From the NCBI RefSeq assembly GCF_037042905.1, contig NC_087246.1, positions 6,326,001 to 6,390,000 of the forward strand: 64,000 bases of DNA, read 5' to 3'. This DNA comes from Lytechinus pictus. Taxonomy: Eukaryota. Position 1 is the first letter of the stretch; every line of letters starts with the position of its first letter. A program made the translations under genes and the position numbers. Positions 26,635 through 40,637 of the stretch are shown here, one piece after another. The notes below the pieces were generated by a model that was not told the DNA's origin, made no database searches, and saw only the letters and a program-made list of their open reading frames with translations.

Positions 26635-26820
26635 GGTGCCGTGGCCGAGTGGTCTAAGGCGCCTGGCAATACATGTAAAGTCCGGGGTTCGATCCCCGGC
26701 GGCGGCACCTATGCCCGTGAGCAAGGCATTTAATCTACATTGCTCTTTTATCCTGCTTTCAAATAAATGGAAATGCTGTGTGCATTATTGGTAACTAGGT
26801 GTGCACTTGTTAAAAAAAAA
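26635..26820 (+). mobile_element. tRNA(Leu-like)-derived SINE, family A copy 2
   Basis: ggtgccgtggccgagtggtctaaggcg..ccggggttcgatccccgg..cggcacc provides A/B boxes, acceptor stem and T stem, followed by a non-tRNA body and A-rich tail. Homologous to 18728-18912. Confidence 0.92.
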
Positions 26821-26959
26821 ATAATAATACACAATATAAGTTTACGTAAAATCGGACAGCCCAAAAAGTTGAATTGGGCAGAACCGGACCGGGTGAAATT
26901 TAACCTAAATTTTATCGTATATTCTGACAAAAAAAAATCGGGATATTTTGATAACAGAG

Positions 26960-27215
26960 CACTGTAAAAAAAAAATGGGTAAAGTTTTTTTACCACCACG
27001 GGGGTAATTATGTGTCCAACCAATTTGGGGCAGTATTTTACCCAAGGTGGGAATCATACTGTCCAGTATAGGTTAAAAAATTAGCAGCAATTACCTTAGA
27101 ATGGGCAAAATTGTCATCACACTGGATAAATAAAAATGCCCAAAATAAATTCCCAATGTTGGTTGGACACATAATTACCCTCATGGAGCACTTTTACCCA
27201 ATATTTTTTAAGGTG
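26960..27215. mobile_element. CAC-ended MITE
   Basis: cactgtaaaaaa..tgggtaaag ... ttttacccaatattttttaaggtg, with the inner IR gggtaattatgtgtccaaccaa / ttggttggacacataattaccc. Confidence 0.85.
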
Positions 27216-27217
27216 TA

Positions 27218-27435
27218 CACTCTTTAAATAGTTGGGCAAAAAATTTCCAACTTTTAACCAACCCCGGGCAACATACTGTTTACACAACTATTGGTAAAAA
27301 TCTGTCCAAACTGGGTAATACAAACTAATAATTGGGTAATGAATTTGCTCAATTGGATACTTATTGTCCAGAATATATATTTTTACCAACATTACCCAAC
27401 ACAGTGGACAGTATGTGCCCATCATTTTAAGTGCG
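27218..27435. mobile_element. CAC-ended MITE (TA TSD), abutting the previous element
   Basis: ta|cactctttaaatagttgggca...tgcccatcattttaagtgcg|ta; reverse-complement homolog at 56136-56368. Confidence 0.85.
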
Positions 27436-28049
27436 TATAGGAATAATGAACCCATGCATTGATCATACAGTCACATATGTGTTCTTTATTACATGTAATA
27501 TGGGCTACATGAAGACAATTCCCATTCCATGGACATCTTTTATGAAGCCATATAAAAGCATGACAGGAGGAGGGAAAACTTGAGTAACCTGAAACATTGG
27601 ACAGTCATAAAGCCCTTCTAAGTGTCCACACTGGACAGGGGAAGAAGGAAACGAGTGAAATTAGCATAACTGATTTCATCATTTACCATCTGGCACTGTA
27701 TCGATGTCTTATCAAAAGATAGAGATGAGTAGGTGGCTGAGTGGGGGGGGGGGGTCGACCAGAAGAGAATGATGTATAATGATGGCTGGTTAGGAAGAAA
27801 GATGACGGGTATGTTTATTTTCTCGCTGAAATGAGAGCCGGCGACACATCATGAGTCGGATGCGAACATACGACGGCTTTTTTGGACACGGCAAAAGGGA
27901 CTAAATCCTCTCATATTGTGGTTGAGAATGGAAAGAAAAATGGAAGCAGTTTCTTTTACCTATACATAGAACCATGGATATATACATGCATCTTCTAATA
28001 GAGTAATCAGGAAGAGGCGAACAGAAATAATACATCGTTTAGAAAGGGA

Positions 28050-28265
28050 ATAGAGGAACAAGAAACAGAAGGAGAACAACAACAAGATATTTTTTTAAGA
28101 ACAGAAAGGAGAAAACGAAAAAAGATAATGGTAAAAAGGAAGTAAAAAAGGAAGAAAAAGAAGGGAAATAATTATGAAAAAGGGAGTATAAGACGAAGAA
28201 GAAAAAGAAGGAAGAGGAGGAAGAGGAAAAAAAGATAAAAAGAAGCAGAAAATGATGAAAAGGAA
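28050..28265. repeat. polypurine low-complexity tract
   Basis: A/G-rich gaa/gga runs. Confidence 0.8.
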
Positions 28266-31260
28266 TAATGAGCATTATAAGGAGACAGGAAATACAAAAA
28301 AGAACAGGAACTAATTTGAAATCTTCTAATTCAAAAATGTATTGCTATATTCGTTTTTAAGAAATAGAGCACACAAACAGCAAAAAAATACAAAACGTGA
28401 CTAATGACCTTCTATTGCTTATCCAAGATTATTTTTCTATTCATTTAAGGACGGTTTCCACAGCGAAAGGATATTGAGGACTAATCAGGTATATCATGAT
28501 AACAACAGGAACATAAATGGCACTAACAAGAGAAAATGTATAAATCTAGCCCACCATTCTTGGAATAGAATTTATACTTATTATCGAAAAGCAGACGTCA
28601 TTGCCTTCATTTAAAATAAAAAATTCAAAATAATTTTCTTGAGCTCAAGTTGTTTTATTTGTCCTTTACTTTTAATACACATACAGTAAAGTTAAAGCTT
28701 CACTAATTTTTGTTCTGAAAGAGTGACATCGGATATTTTACATCAGTGTTAATTTCATGGTTACGAAGTTTAAACAACAATTGGGGCTTTTATAACTAAT
28801 TAAACATGAAAAGCAATTAATTCCATGTAGTACTAGGTTTTGTTTCATAATAGTGTTCGTAAATTTATGATCAACTTTACAAACGATTGGAATATATAGC
28901 AAGCTTAATTTTTTGGGGTCATTTTTCCTCTCGTTCATGTGGTCATATGTTATTTTCCCCAATTCGTTTCATTTTATATTAAGCACACGTGACACAGGTT
29001 TGTATTCCTGCTATCACCGACAATCATTAGAATTTTGCAAAAGGTCTCATGTCTTAGAATTTTGCAAAAGGTTTCATGTCAACGTTTTAAAAATTTACCT
29101 CTCTCTTCTGTAAACCAGACTATTAGGTCAATTTTTAATTCTACAGTTTCTTGATTTGACAAGTGACAAGATCAAAGCCGTGTAAATGTAGATCATATTG
29201 CTAGACGGTCAACTCTGTTTAGACGTGTCGCATCAGAAGAAAAGCGATTGGGTCATTTTAACACACGTGATAAATGAACAGCACTTAATTCCATAATGGA
29301 TGGAGGCGAACATACGTGGACAGCATTTTCAAACAACTATTGTACTTCTTTGTACCACGACAGGCGGTCCGTCACGGCACTGCACGGCCGCAGCCTGCCA
29401 GTCCGCCCGCTTTATTCACCGAGAGAAGACAGAGGATGCCTTTCAGAAATAGAGCTAATACCTTGTCGCTATGGCGTCTTCTTAAGAACCTTCAGACGGG
29501 AAGAATATCCCGAATGAATTCAATGATAGGTCGGCATGTCGGTAACCATTAAGATATCATTTAATCAAGTTTATGGTCAAAATAAATTTGGCAGACTCTG
29601 TTTATTCATTTTTTTAAATTAATATTTTACTTTTTATTCTTCATGTAAAGGTGGAGTGATTTTTTTTACGTCTTGTTTTATTTTGTTGATTTCTTAAAGC
29701 TCACTTTGTCGGCAAGACATTCTCAAAAGTATGAACGTAAAGAAGATTGAATGTAACATGCCGAATTGAAATTAACTGAATTTCTTCAGCAACATTAAGA
29801 TATCATATCTATGTGAAGATACATTAATATAGTCCACACAATTGTAACCTTCAAGGAGTTTGCATTCCTAAACTTAATAAGGCAAAAACAAGTTGCAACT
29901 ATAATTTGCAATAATCAATTTCATCAATTCTTTTCTAAATTAGGCTTTCCAATTCCCCAATAGTCAAGTATGACAACCTTCATGTACTTTGAATACGGTT
30001 GCATTATGTTCATATCTACTCAAGATTAACTTTTGACATCTCCGTCCCCCGAAATGCACTTCAGAGCAAGAACTACGTGACCAACCAAAAAAGCTTCCCT
30101 GCAAAAAGGATCAATATATATTTTCAATGCCAGATTTCAACAAACATCAATGCTTATCATTAGTCAACATTTCAAATATGCGCAAAATGAAAAAATATAT
30201 CACAAATTAGGATTTCATTCTCTCTGAAAGTTGACGCCATATGTTTTGCCCCCTCAAAAGAGTTGGCTCTTTACACCACTGAATTGTTCCATCTGGGATG
30301 TTTTTCTTTTCTACGAGAGTCATTAAGTATATACCATGTATCATAACATTATTCTGTATGTGAATCATGTTTCTTCTGTATCAGTGTTCATACTAGTCTT
30401 TTGTGAAACCTTGTGGTTTAAGATTTTGACATTTTCAAGATCTCATTTAAACAACACTCGTATTTGACCTACAAAATACTTGAAGTGACCTATCGATCAC
30501 ATGTTTCTAGCCGATTAGTGCTAATTGCTGATAAGAAGTCTGATCCATCATTATAAACGGGTCTACTGTCATCCAGGCAAAGCTAAAAGTCAGCTGCCAC
30601 GATATGGAACAATCGCTGAGACCAACATTCAGAGATGACATATCCTAACCAAGCCAATTTAATGGTGTGTTTCTCAGAAGTGACATTTTATCAATTACCA
30701 AAACGATTGACCTTCCTTGGGCTGCTGGATTTGGTTAAGATTGGGTGAGGGGCAGTTTTTTAATCCCATGCTAGATATTTATTTCGTTTGTCATACTATA
30801 AGGTGCTGTGGGCGGATAAATCACAGCATTTAAGAGCGTCGCCGTATCATGAAGTAACCACTCAAGAAGATCATTGCTAGAGAAAAGAGATCAAAAATGA
30901 AGAACGACACATGCTATTATGATCATCGGGTAGGCACAAAGCAACAGATGGTTTGAGACATCAAAAATGACAAGCATGATAGAGACATCTCTGTAACCAG
31001 TTTATAATGTCAATATGTTACTAAATCAAAGAACGGTATCACGTGATGCTTTCCAATCCCATGTTTGGGAACTAGAAAATATCAATTCATATATTGCACG
31101 GGACTTGGAAACATTTTGAATCTATGTCTGACTTGTCCATAATAAAACTGATACAGTTAAAGTATATCGACCAAGCAACAGCAATATCTTAAAAGCCTTC
31201 TGAAAATAATTGTTTGGCATGTAAAGTTGATTGTATTCGAATGTTTGGGTAATAGGTTGC

Positions 31261-31261
31261 A

Positions 31262-31296
<35 letters not shown>

Positions 31297-31297
31297 G

Positions 31298-31330
<33 letters not shown>

Positions 31331-31342
31331 GTATATATATAT

Positions 31343-31414
<72 letters not shown>
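31261..31414. repeat. compound (TACA)n-(TA)n microsatellite
   Basis: Directly visible; it explains the four Y/I-repeat ORFs. Confidence 0.98.
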
Positions 31415-31421
<7 letters not shown>

Positions 31422-31466
31422 ATATTATACCATGATACCAAATGATTTTATCGCTAATAAGACCAG

Positions 31467-31623
31467 GGTAGTGTTTCATCAACATTTTCATCCGACAAGT
31501 TGTCAGATCTGACATCTTTCTCTGATGTTGATTGGCTGAGAGGTACTGTTACTATGGTAACTGTCGGATAAAACAGAACTTGTCGGATAAAACGTCCGAC
31601 AAGTCCTCTCATGAAACGCTCCC
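31467..31623. mobile_element. short MITE with CAG TSD (Harbinger-like)
   Basis: cag|ggtagtgtttcat ... atgaaacgctccc|cag, with internal tccgacaag/cttgtcgga repeats. Confidence 0.85.
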
Positions 31624-34378
31624 CAGTTTAATCATGCCTTTAGATTTATTGGTATAATATTAATAAGGGTTTGTAAGTATTAAAGTGGATCATGTAAATA
31701 GACAATAAAAAACAATAATGTTGTTTCTTTAATTACATGCTCCCAATATGATACATTCAAGTGCTCGCAAGAAAAAAAAACGTGTATGATCTTGACGTGC
31801 GTAAGGTAAATTAGGATGAAATTACATCAATGCATTTTATTTTCATTCTAATTTCAATCCTAATATAAGTTCAGTGACTTTAAATTTTAAGTCATAACTA
31901 AAGTCTTCAATCGGTTCATCCTAACTGCTAGTCGGGCAATCGACAGCTTCGTCAACAAAAATATTGAGGGAATTGCAAGCGAAGAAGTCGAATATGAAAT
32001 TACTCAAAATGAAATATATTTGGTCGAAAGTGATATGATTTATCCCAAGATCGGAGAGAAAACGATGCGTACGATATAAGCTAAACGTCTACGGTTCTCT
32101 TCATACCCATGAAGGAATCACTAAAAAGCTAATAATGAGATATATAAAAAAAAAATTACAACTGTTTGTTTTTGTTATTTGTAAATTTTAGTTGGTCATC
32201 TGAAGCACTTCCGCGACCACAGAGTCTAACGAAGACAAAGCCATGAAAAACAAACTTCGGGCTCCACTGTCAGGGTGCGCTCCCCATGACCCATTTAATT
32301 CTTTCTATTCTAAAATGTGTAGGCCCAAAAGTAAGAAAAATGGCGCACAATGATTATGACCACACAAAAAATCGTTTTATTTATTTTATTTCTATCATGT
32401 TGATAACACTAAAAATGCCATGTTTTCTCATCACTTTTACCTACAGATCAACAAGGCTTTTATGGATTCTATTATCTTATACGATACGAGATCAAGCAAA
32501 ACTTCTAAGTAATTCGTTCTGTTTTCGTCTCTTCATTTCAAAGTATTAAGAATGATGGATTCTATTTCATACCATCTACTCATCTCAATTCGCTCTTTAA
32601 ACTGACTCACGATACGGATTGATTCGATAATCAACGTGAAATTCCCTCTCGATAACCGTGATCGAATTACTAGGTTCTATCGATCAGGGACGTTCTGGTC
32701 GATAAGAGGTCCTACTCATCTAAAGCATGCAAAGTAAGCATTCCATAGAAAGGTTGAAGTCACTTTACGTACTGAACTAACATTTGGCAAAAGGTTTTGT
32801 TGCGTTGTGATTCACTCAAAATCGCAGTGTAGCTTTGTGTGACGTTTTTCTTTAAGTGCGACCATTAAAACGTCTGTCGAGAATGAGGTCTATTTATCGC
32901 CCTTTTAATGCGTTGGGAGGGGCTTTTACTTTAGCTGTATATCGTAGATGATGTTTAGCTTCAGGTGTTTGAAATGTTATTGAGCGGTGCCCTTTGAAGT
33001 TACTTTGGCATCAAAATGATAAAAGATTGACTCGAAAAAAACCATTTTCTCTATTCTAATGTTTGTTTCGAGAACAAAATCCAAAAATTTAACAAACTTA
33101 CAGAATGTCGACACTGCCATTTTAATGTAAATATTTTATTTTCAAATATTGTTGCTTAATGTACATTTTGTCTGTTTGACCCGAACAAAGCTAGCACCAA
33201 TCTCGACTGTCATTTTTTTTAATAGTATAAATACCAACCAAACTTCTGTTTTACTTTCCTGGAATAACTAAATAATATATTTTTAATTCATTTCATTATC
33301 ATTTTAAAATTGAATCATTTGAACATAATACCATCTTTCTAAATATTTCTAGCACTACAGACTTATTGGGTGGATGCCAAAAACATGTTGGCAATTCCGC
33401 ATTTATGGTCCCGTCTTATTGTACAATACCAGTGGATTTACTGTAAAAAAAAAGGGGGCATTTATTTGTTTTCTCATGGGAACCTATCTCCGACGATCAC
33501 CAAGCTTCGATCTTTAAGAGTGAGTGTTTGCAGATAATGTTTAAGAGTTCAGTAGAAAATATAATCCAAAAAAGCTAAAGCGGGGAAAAATCGTCACGAT
33601 TTCCTTCTCTAATCTCCCTCTTCCAACCTTTCCTCATTTGCCCCTCTCCAAAGTACTTCCGAACCAGAATAAACACTCATCATTCGCTCGTTGTGGCCAA
33701 ATCAGGCGTGAAAAGCAACATTTAGTTCACACTCACTCCTCAAAGAAAAAAGAGAAGGGAAAAAATCAAAAGTGTGAAAGAGATCTCTGGTAGTACCGCC
33801 AGACGGTATGCATTTTCCCGCCAATCTCGCTCCGGAGTTAAGAGATGCAAGGGTCTATATACTTGAAAGGATGGTTTGAGAAAGGCCTGGGGGTAATTTA
33901 TCCTCAACACTTGATCTCCTCTTGATAATTCCTCACGAACCACCGTCTCTTCTTATGTTATCCACCGCTTTCACCCCTTTTCCCTTCCATCGCCCTACAA
34001 AAGGTTTATTTTTACACTTAACAATGGAAAATATGTGATTGATATGACTGAATTTCACAGCCATATTTTAACACCAATTATTTGCCTGCGGAAAGAGCAA
34101 TCGAGAAAAGCTGGAAGAAGTGATATTTCGTCATCGAAGTCGTGAGTAAATTAGGTGAGGGTAATGATGGGGTATGACGAAAGGATTTAAGCTTGAGTAT
34201 TGCTTGGATTTGTCTTGGTCAAGTGATCCTACGTTTGTAGCTTTTGCACTTTAGTGCTTCATTTATACCATTGGGGATTGAAACCATGCAATAGTTTTAC
34301 ACCAGACTAGTAGTGCCCTAGCCTATTTGATATGATATTATCATGAAGAATTTTCCTTATGATTTAGCAGTGTTTCTA

Positions 34379-35365
34379 CAGTGCGTATCAAAAAAAGTTT
34401 ACACTTTGAAAAAGCCCTGGGAATTAAAAAATATACAACATGTGGGTAATTCGTTCACATGTTATCTTAGATTTGGGTCTCATCTATCCAATGAAAGTAA
34501 AAGTTTTGACAGAATGTTACACTTGAGTAAGCACTGTCCATTTTTGTAAAGCTCGCAGAATTCTGTTTGCGCAGAAATGTTCGTTTTCACGCTATGTCAG
34601 AGGTAAGGGCGAAATCAAATTTACCCTGCGAAACATTTCTCATACATTTCCCTTGCACTTATAGTCAATTGAAATAAAACATATACATTCAAGCATTTTG
34701 CAACAATTTTGCCACCCAAATTGAAATTTCAACACTTAGTAAGCACAATCTTTACCCTTTTTGTGCCAGCTGCATGATCTGAGGACATAACTAAATCTGA
34801 ACAAAAGTTAATATCAGACATCTCCAGCATTTTTTCACTAAGTTTTTATCATTTAAAGTGGGTTTAAATTTCATTTTTTATTTAATACTTGTTTCTCCAC
34901 ACCTTTTCCAAGCTTGACAATGATTAACAAAATGAAAATCAAGCCTAAGCCATTTCATGTAAATCACAGCTCAGTGTAAATCAAATATCGTCACGATGGC
35001 CTCGGTGTGTGGGGGAGTGGGTTGAGGCGCAATGCACTCTTCGAAGTGTTTTGGGCAAGGAAACAAGTTAAAAGGGTAAAATGTCTCTTCAAATCAATTT
35101 TACTAGCTAAATTCAATATGTTCTTCATAATTAAGGTCTACTTTTATTCGCATAACTATTTCAAAGTTCTGCGCAAATAATTTTTCACTAATTTTTCAAA
35201 AGTAAGTGGTGCTCACTCAAGCAGAAATATTTTTAGACAGTTATATCGCCATTTGCTTAAATGGATCTGTACCAATGTTAAAATGTGGAAAAATCTTCAG
35301 GATATTACAAATGTATAATTTTACAGGACTTTTTCTAAGTGTAAACTTTTTTTTGATACGCACTG
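34379..35365. mobile_element. non-autonomous Tc1/mariner-type DNA transposon (987 bp)
   Basis: ta|cagtgcgtatcaaaaaaagtttacact ... agtgtaaacttttttttgatacgcactg|ta: CAGTG termini, TA TSD and no transposase ORF. Confidence 0.93.
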
Positions 35366-36869
35366 TAGAATATAAAGGTCATTTTTTTACATCATATTTT
35401 CTGAACTATGTTTTTGTACTGACGGTATTAGAAAGAGAGTGGAGGGGGAGGCATAGAGGGCGATAGATCTGAAGAGAAGAAGGACATACTTTCATGAGAG
35501 AATGGAGATATAAGGAAAGGAGGAGAAAAAAGTAATAAGTTCAGCAAAAGGGGTGAAAAGTCATCTAGACGCAATAAGTGAATAATCATTTTCCATCGCA
35601 ATAATTACGAACACGAGTCTTGCTTGAAGGTTGTGATTCATGGAGCACTCTGAAATACCCCTTGCAGTGATCATAATCCTACTACTTTATGATCACAACT
35701 GCATTATGCTGAATGTGCATAACATAATTACATATCTTTCATTCCGCGACAAGAAGTACTTCTACCTTTCCCTTTATACCAGCATGTCACAACACATTGG
35801 TTAATGGTCTGCATTATTGAAATAAGAAAGTACAAATGTATTTACGCTTGTATTAAGAATTAAATTAGAATTGTGTTATCTATTGTTCAAGTCATCAAAT
35901 GTGATCCACGAAATAATTCAAGAATTTAAAAATATTCATAATGAGGTGAATACTCAATCTTTGAAACAGTCCGTCAATAAGATATGCATTTTATTATCTC
36001 AATACAAATCTACCCATTTGCCATTCAAATGACGTTGGACGCTATGTAGAGCTTGTTGAAACCACTTTTTTTGAGGAATTATTTGAAATAGATGAATATG
36101 TTATCCAGTTTCAGAAATGCATCTGACCAGGTATTCTAGACCATCACCTAAGGCTCATCATAAAGAATGACTGCTCTCAATGTCTTTCATGATGTAATAC
36201 CTCTTCTACTCATCATACGAATATAACACCGCCCCCACCGGGCATGCTGAACAGGTTCATATGAAGCAAAAGAATAGGGGATGCGGAAAAGATTATGACT
36301 TTTCTCAAACCCATTTCCTACGAGTATGAATCACATAATTCCTCCCGGCGTAATGTTGGCATGGGTTTGTTTTGAGAGGTACTATAGTATTGACTAGTAC
36401 TACACCTAACTGCGATATATTCAACTTATAAAAACAATACTAATGGTACCCGTTGTTCCATCAAGACATTGATATTTATTTTATGATAATTGTAAGCAGG
36501 TGATTTACAGACACAATGAGAAGTCAATTGAATCTATGTAGCTATATCGATTACTATCATTTGGGGCTGTAAACTATTCTCATTTTAAAGTCGAATCACT
36601 ATACATTGATGAAACACACGCATAATCTCACACCCATCCCTCCTACATAAAATACACATGCTGACACGGTTCGCTGACACATCGTAACTAATATCGGTCA
36701 TCATCTCTGTCATCATGCGCGCGCTCACCTAGCCTACACATCGTCATTTTTTTTTCAATCGTCATGCACACCCTCACAAACACACACACACACATCGTTA
36801 TACGCAAATCTATTTAACGGATTCGTGGCTTCATGATAATATGCGCGCGCAACAATGTGATGTCACTCA

Positions 36870-37320
36870 TACCGTGTTTACACTTAATCGGCAATTGGTT
36901 CTGAACCAAATGCTGATGCAGAATCGGCATTTGGAATGCGTTTACACGTTGTTACAGCTCGCGGTTCAGAACCGCGAGCCGATGCAAAAACCTGAAATGA
37001 TACGCATACCTACACTATACGTCATAATAAAGACAACGCTGGATCAGTGCGCTTACAATTACGTCACAATGGTAAAGTAATTGAAATGCGCACAAATTGC
37101 CGGTCCAGAATCGGCTTTCTGTTTACACGTAGTAAAAAAGCCGATTCTGCATCGGCTCGCGGTTCAGAACCTACTACTTTGGTGGTGCAAATTGCCGGTT
37201 CTGAACCGCGAGCCGATGCAAGTTACTCGCGTTTACACGCTATGAAAAATCCGATGCTGCATCGGCTCGCGGTTCAGAACCGCGAGCCGATTCAAATGCC
37301 GATTAAGTGTAAACACGGTA
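36870..37320. mobile_element. PIF/Harbinger-like MITE (451 bp, TCA TSD)
   Basis: tca|taccgtgtttacacttaatcggca ... tgccgattaagtgtaaacacggta|tca: a perfect 24-bp TIR, with repeated internal palindrome atcggctcgcggttcagaaccgcgagccgat. Confidence 0.95.
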
Positions 37321-39800
37321 TCAATGAAACGCTGCCGATTTAATTTGTTCTAACTCGAAGTTTTACATTTTATGGTTGGACCTATTCCTCATCGACCACC
37401 TAATTTTCTAAGCATCATATCTGCAAAAATATTTATCAGTTTTACCTCATTTTGGTCTCATTTGCGCAGAAAATTGAGCAGATCAAAATCCCATGTTTAG
37501 ATTGACGACTCAGTTTCTATGCACGTATATTATCGGCGACGAACGAATGCGGCGACTTCAAATTTGCTCAATTGCACCCCCTTTTTTTTAGGACCGACCA
37601 CCTGCAATACACCAATTTTCCGGCTGATTATTGTCGCGCTGGCGAAATATTTTGACTCTTCCAATTCAGTTCTATGATGTCATCATGCAGGTTGATTGTC
37701 TCGCTACTTCCATCGCGAGCTCCGGCACATGATTCGACGACGGATAGTTCTAAAGTCGTTTCCTATTTGATTTCTTGATATAAACAGCTATTTTGCAGTG
37801 GGGTTCGGTTCTGGTCAATACAATTTTGATAAATTCAACGAATTTCTTACTTTTTTATTCCTCTTTTTCTCTGGTAAAATCGATTCTTTTCGATTCTATG
37901 GACACTGCGCCTACTCTCCCTCGCGTATCGTTTGTAATACGCAATGAGCTTAATGCGCGCAAGGTGGTCTGTTTCAAAAGAGGTGGTCGATATTTGGTGG
38001 TCTCACTATACTTATTTTTCCTAATTCTTGTCTTTGCTTGGGAGTTTCTTTCAGTCAATTTTGAACCTCACATAAAGAGATACTATTGATTCACATTTTT
38101 TAGAAAATGAGCAAAATTCGATTTGTTCCCAAATCAGATCATAGACCAGTCATAGGACGTTTGTTGCCTTTAAGAGTGGTCGACCGGTTTCATGACCGTC
38201 CATGTATTTAGAAATGAAGATTGTATTCGATTTTTATTTTGTTGCAGTAAATGTGTCAAAATCAGTAATAATTCGGTGCAAGAATAACTTTAATATTAAA
38301 ATTGTGATTATCCGTAACGATTGTCTCCAGTACCTATTTCGGGTGACATAATAAGAAGATAACAATTCCATTGTCATCCCCTCAAAAGACCAAATGCCCC
38401 TTCCCCATATTTCACTCTCTAAAAGTTATCAATATACCCCGCTTTCTCCCCCACATAGATAACACACACACACCCTCTCTCACTCCGTATCCATCTTCAC
38501 TCCGTGGCTTCCTACGCATTTCATTTGTCTATGGTTTACTAACACTCACCCTACCTAACTTATCCAATTTTCTCTTTCTCGATCTTATATTCTACCTGCG
38601 TCAGATAGGACCCATACCCATACAGCTTCGCCATAAACCTACCAGAGGAATCAGTAACACAGTGCTGTAGCACCTGGGTGCCTTTGGCGTATTTTGCTAG
38701 CGATTCCTGTGAAATATCGCCAGCTAATCCTAGAGCTAAGTCGGACAAGATAGTTTCATAATTGAATCAGAATGACCGAATTTTTACCTCAACGTTTGCC
38801 ATATCCTTACATAGAGGATATTATGCAAAGCAATTTCACACTTCTGAATGACTTTATCCTAAATATTGTGTTGTTTACTTCTGTAACTTATATTCAATTT
38901 AAAAAAATCTAACACTTGATTCCAATGGTCCTTTGTTATTATTGAAACTGTCCTTCTTGGAATACCATATGCATAAATCTAACAAAACATGGATATATTA
39001 AATGTGTATTTAAAAATCAAATAATGATCATAAGCGATTTCCTATTATGTTGACAAATGAAGTTAACATAATAAATAATTCTTGGAGTCTTGGTAATCTC
39101 GGTGTCTTATCAGGTCACTCAAAATGCGTTATCATCGAATAAAATAATGTCGAATGCCAGTAAATTCAAATATGATGGCTATCGTGTTTTCTTTCAATGG
39201 CACAGAATCACTGCTATTTCATTTTTTTTTCATTTAAATGCCTAATCCTGTTATTATATAAGAACTAATTGCATGATATGATGGGTTATGACTCGAAAGT
39301 GTGTGAGCTGTTTACAAAACCAGATTAATATAACTCAATATCATTTGCTCTCAATCGAGTTTAATTAGCTTCCAAATCATGGGGTCATCATTCATTAAAC
39401 ACCTGGTTTAGAAGGGCAGCGGAGGTAAAGGGAAGACTAATGACCAACCATGTAGGTCAAGGGGTCATTCAGAATGGCCTAACAATAGACTCACCCACAG
39501 AGATTGAAGTTGCCGACCTATAATTTGGAAGAATAAAGTGGACCGTGAAATGACAGATCGTTCATTTTATTTGAAGACTGTAATGAGGAAAGAACGTTCA
39601 CACTGGTTTATTGATCAAGATAGTGTGGCAAGCGTCGATTGAGTCTGAACACAGCAATGGCTTGCTGGATCACGTGATTTCATTTTGTTTTACAGCAAAC
39701 AATTGTAATAGTAAATTATGTTGATATAATCTTATTCATAAATATATTATTTACATAACAGCCATAATGATTTTTTTTCGGACAAATTAGAAAAAGAAGA

Positions 39801-39807
39801 AGTAGTA

Positions 39808-39897
<90 letters not shown>

Positions 39898-39943
39898 ATA
39901 GTAATAGTAGTGGTGGTGGTGGTGGTGGTTTGGTGGTGGTGGT
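39801..39943. repeat. (GTA)n then (GTG)n microsatellite
   Basis: Directly visible. Confidence 0.97.
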
Positions 39944-40465
39944 GTTTGTGGTCTGACCAAAACAGCCTACTCTGAGTCGTGAATTTTAATCCATGCATGA
40001 ATTGAATTTTATTTCGACTAGGAACCGGCGTCTAAACGAGGCTACTATAGCCAGCAATACATGCCAACTTTCATAAGACGACATGAACAGTATTTATTTT
40101 CTGCTCTATTTTGCAGCTGGGACATCACATTTTCTTAATTTCATTTTCAAGCTCCCCAAAGTGACCATTAATTTGATAAGAGACACGACCCAGTGGTATT
40201 CAATGTAAAGGAGACCTTCTTATTCCACGTCTATACGCATACGCTATTCCCGTCTGGCATTGGTCAATTTTCCTTAAATATCTCTCCTATATCTGTAAAA
40301 CCATAAATGTTTGTCCTTTTCATGTATCACTGTCTGATCTGTTGAATAGCATGCTGTGGTCTCTATGAAGTTGACTTTGATGATGTTGAAGTTTGTTATG
40401 ATGACGACGGTGATGTTGAAAAATTAGATAATTAAAATTGTGGAGGTAGTAAAAAAATCATGTTA

Positions 40466-40637
40466 TTGATGATGATGATGATGATGATGGTGGTGGTTGT
40501 GGTAGTAGTGGTGGTGGTGGTGGTAGTGGTGATGATGATGATGACGGTGATGATAATGATGGTTATGATGATGATAATGATGATGATGATGGTGATGATG
40601 ACGAAGATGATGGTGGTGGTGGTGGTGGTGATGGTGA
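40466..40637. repeat. compound (GAT)n/(GGT)n microsatellite
   Basis: Directly visible. Confidence 0.95.

Noticed and set aside
29028..29080. 27-bp tandem duplication (similarly 9-bp x3 at about 8358 and 12-bp x2 at about 49268)
   Set aside because: These are ordinary slippage duplications.
31122..31515. YI-repeat ORFs
   Set aside because: They are translations of (TA)n.
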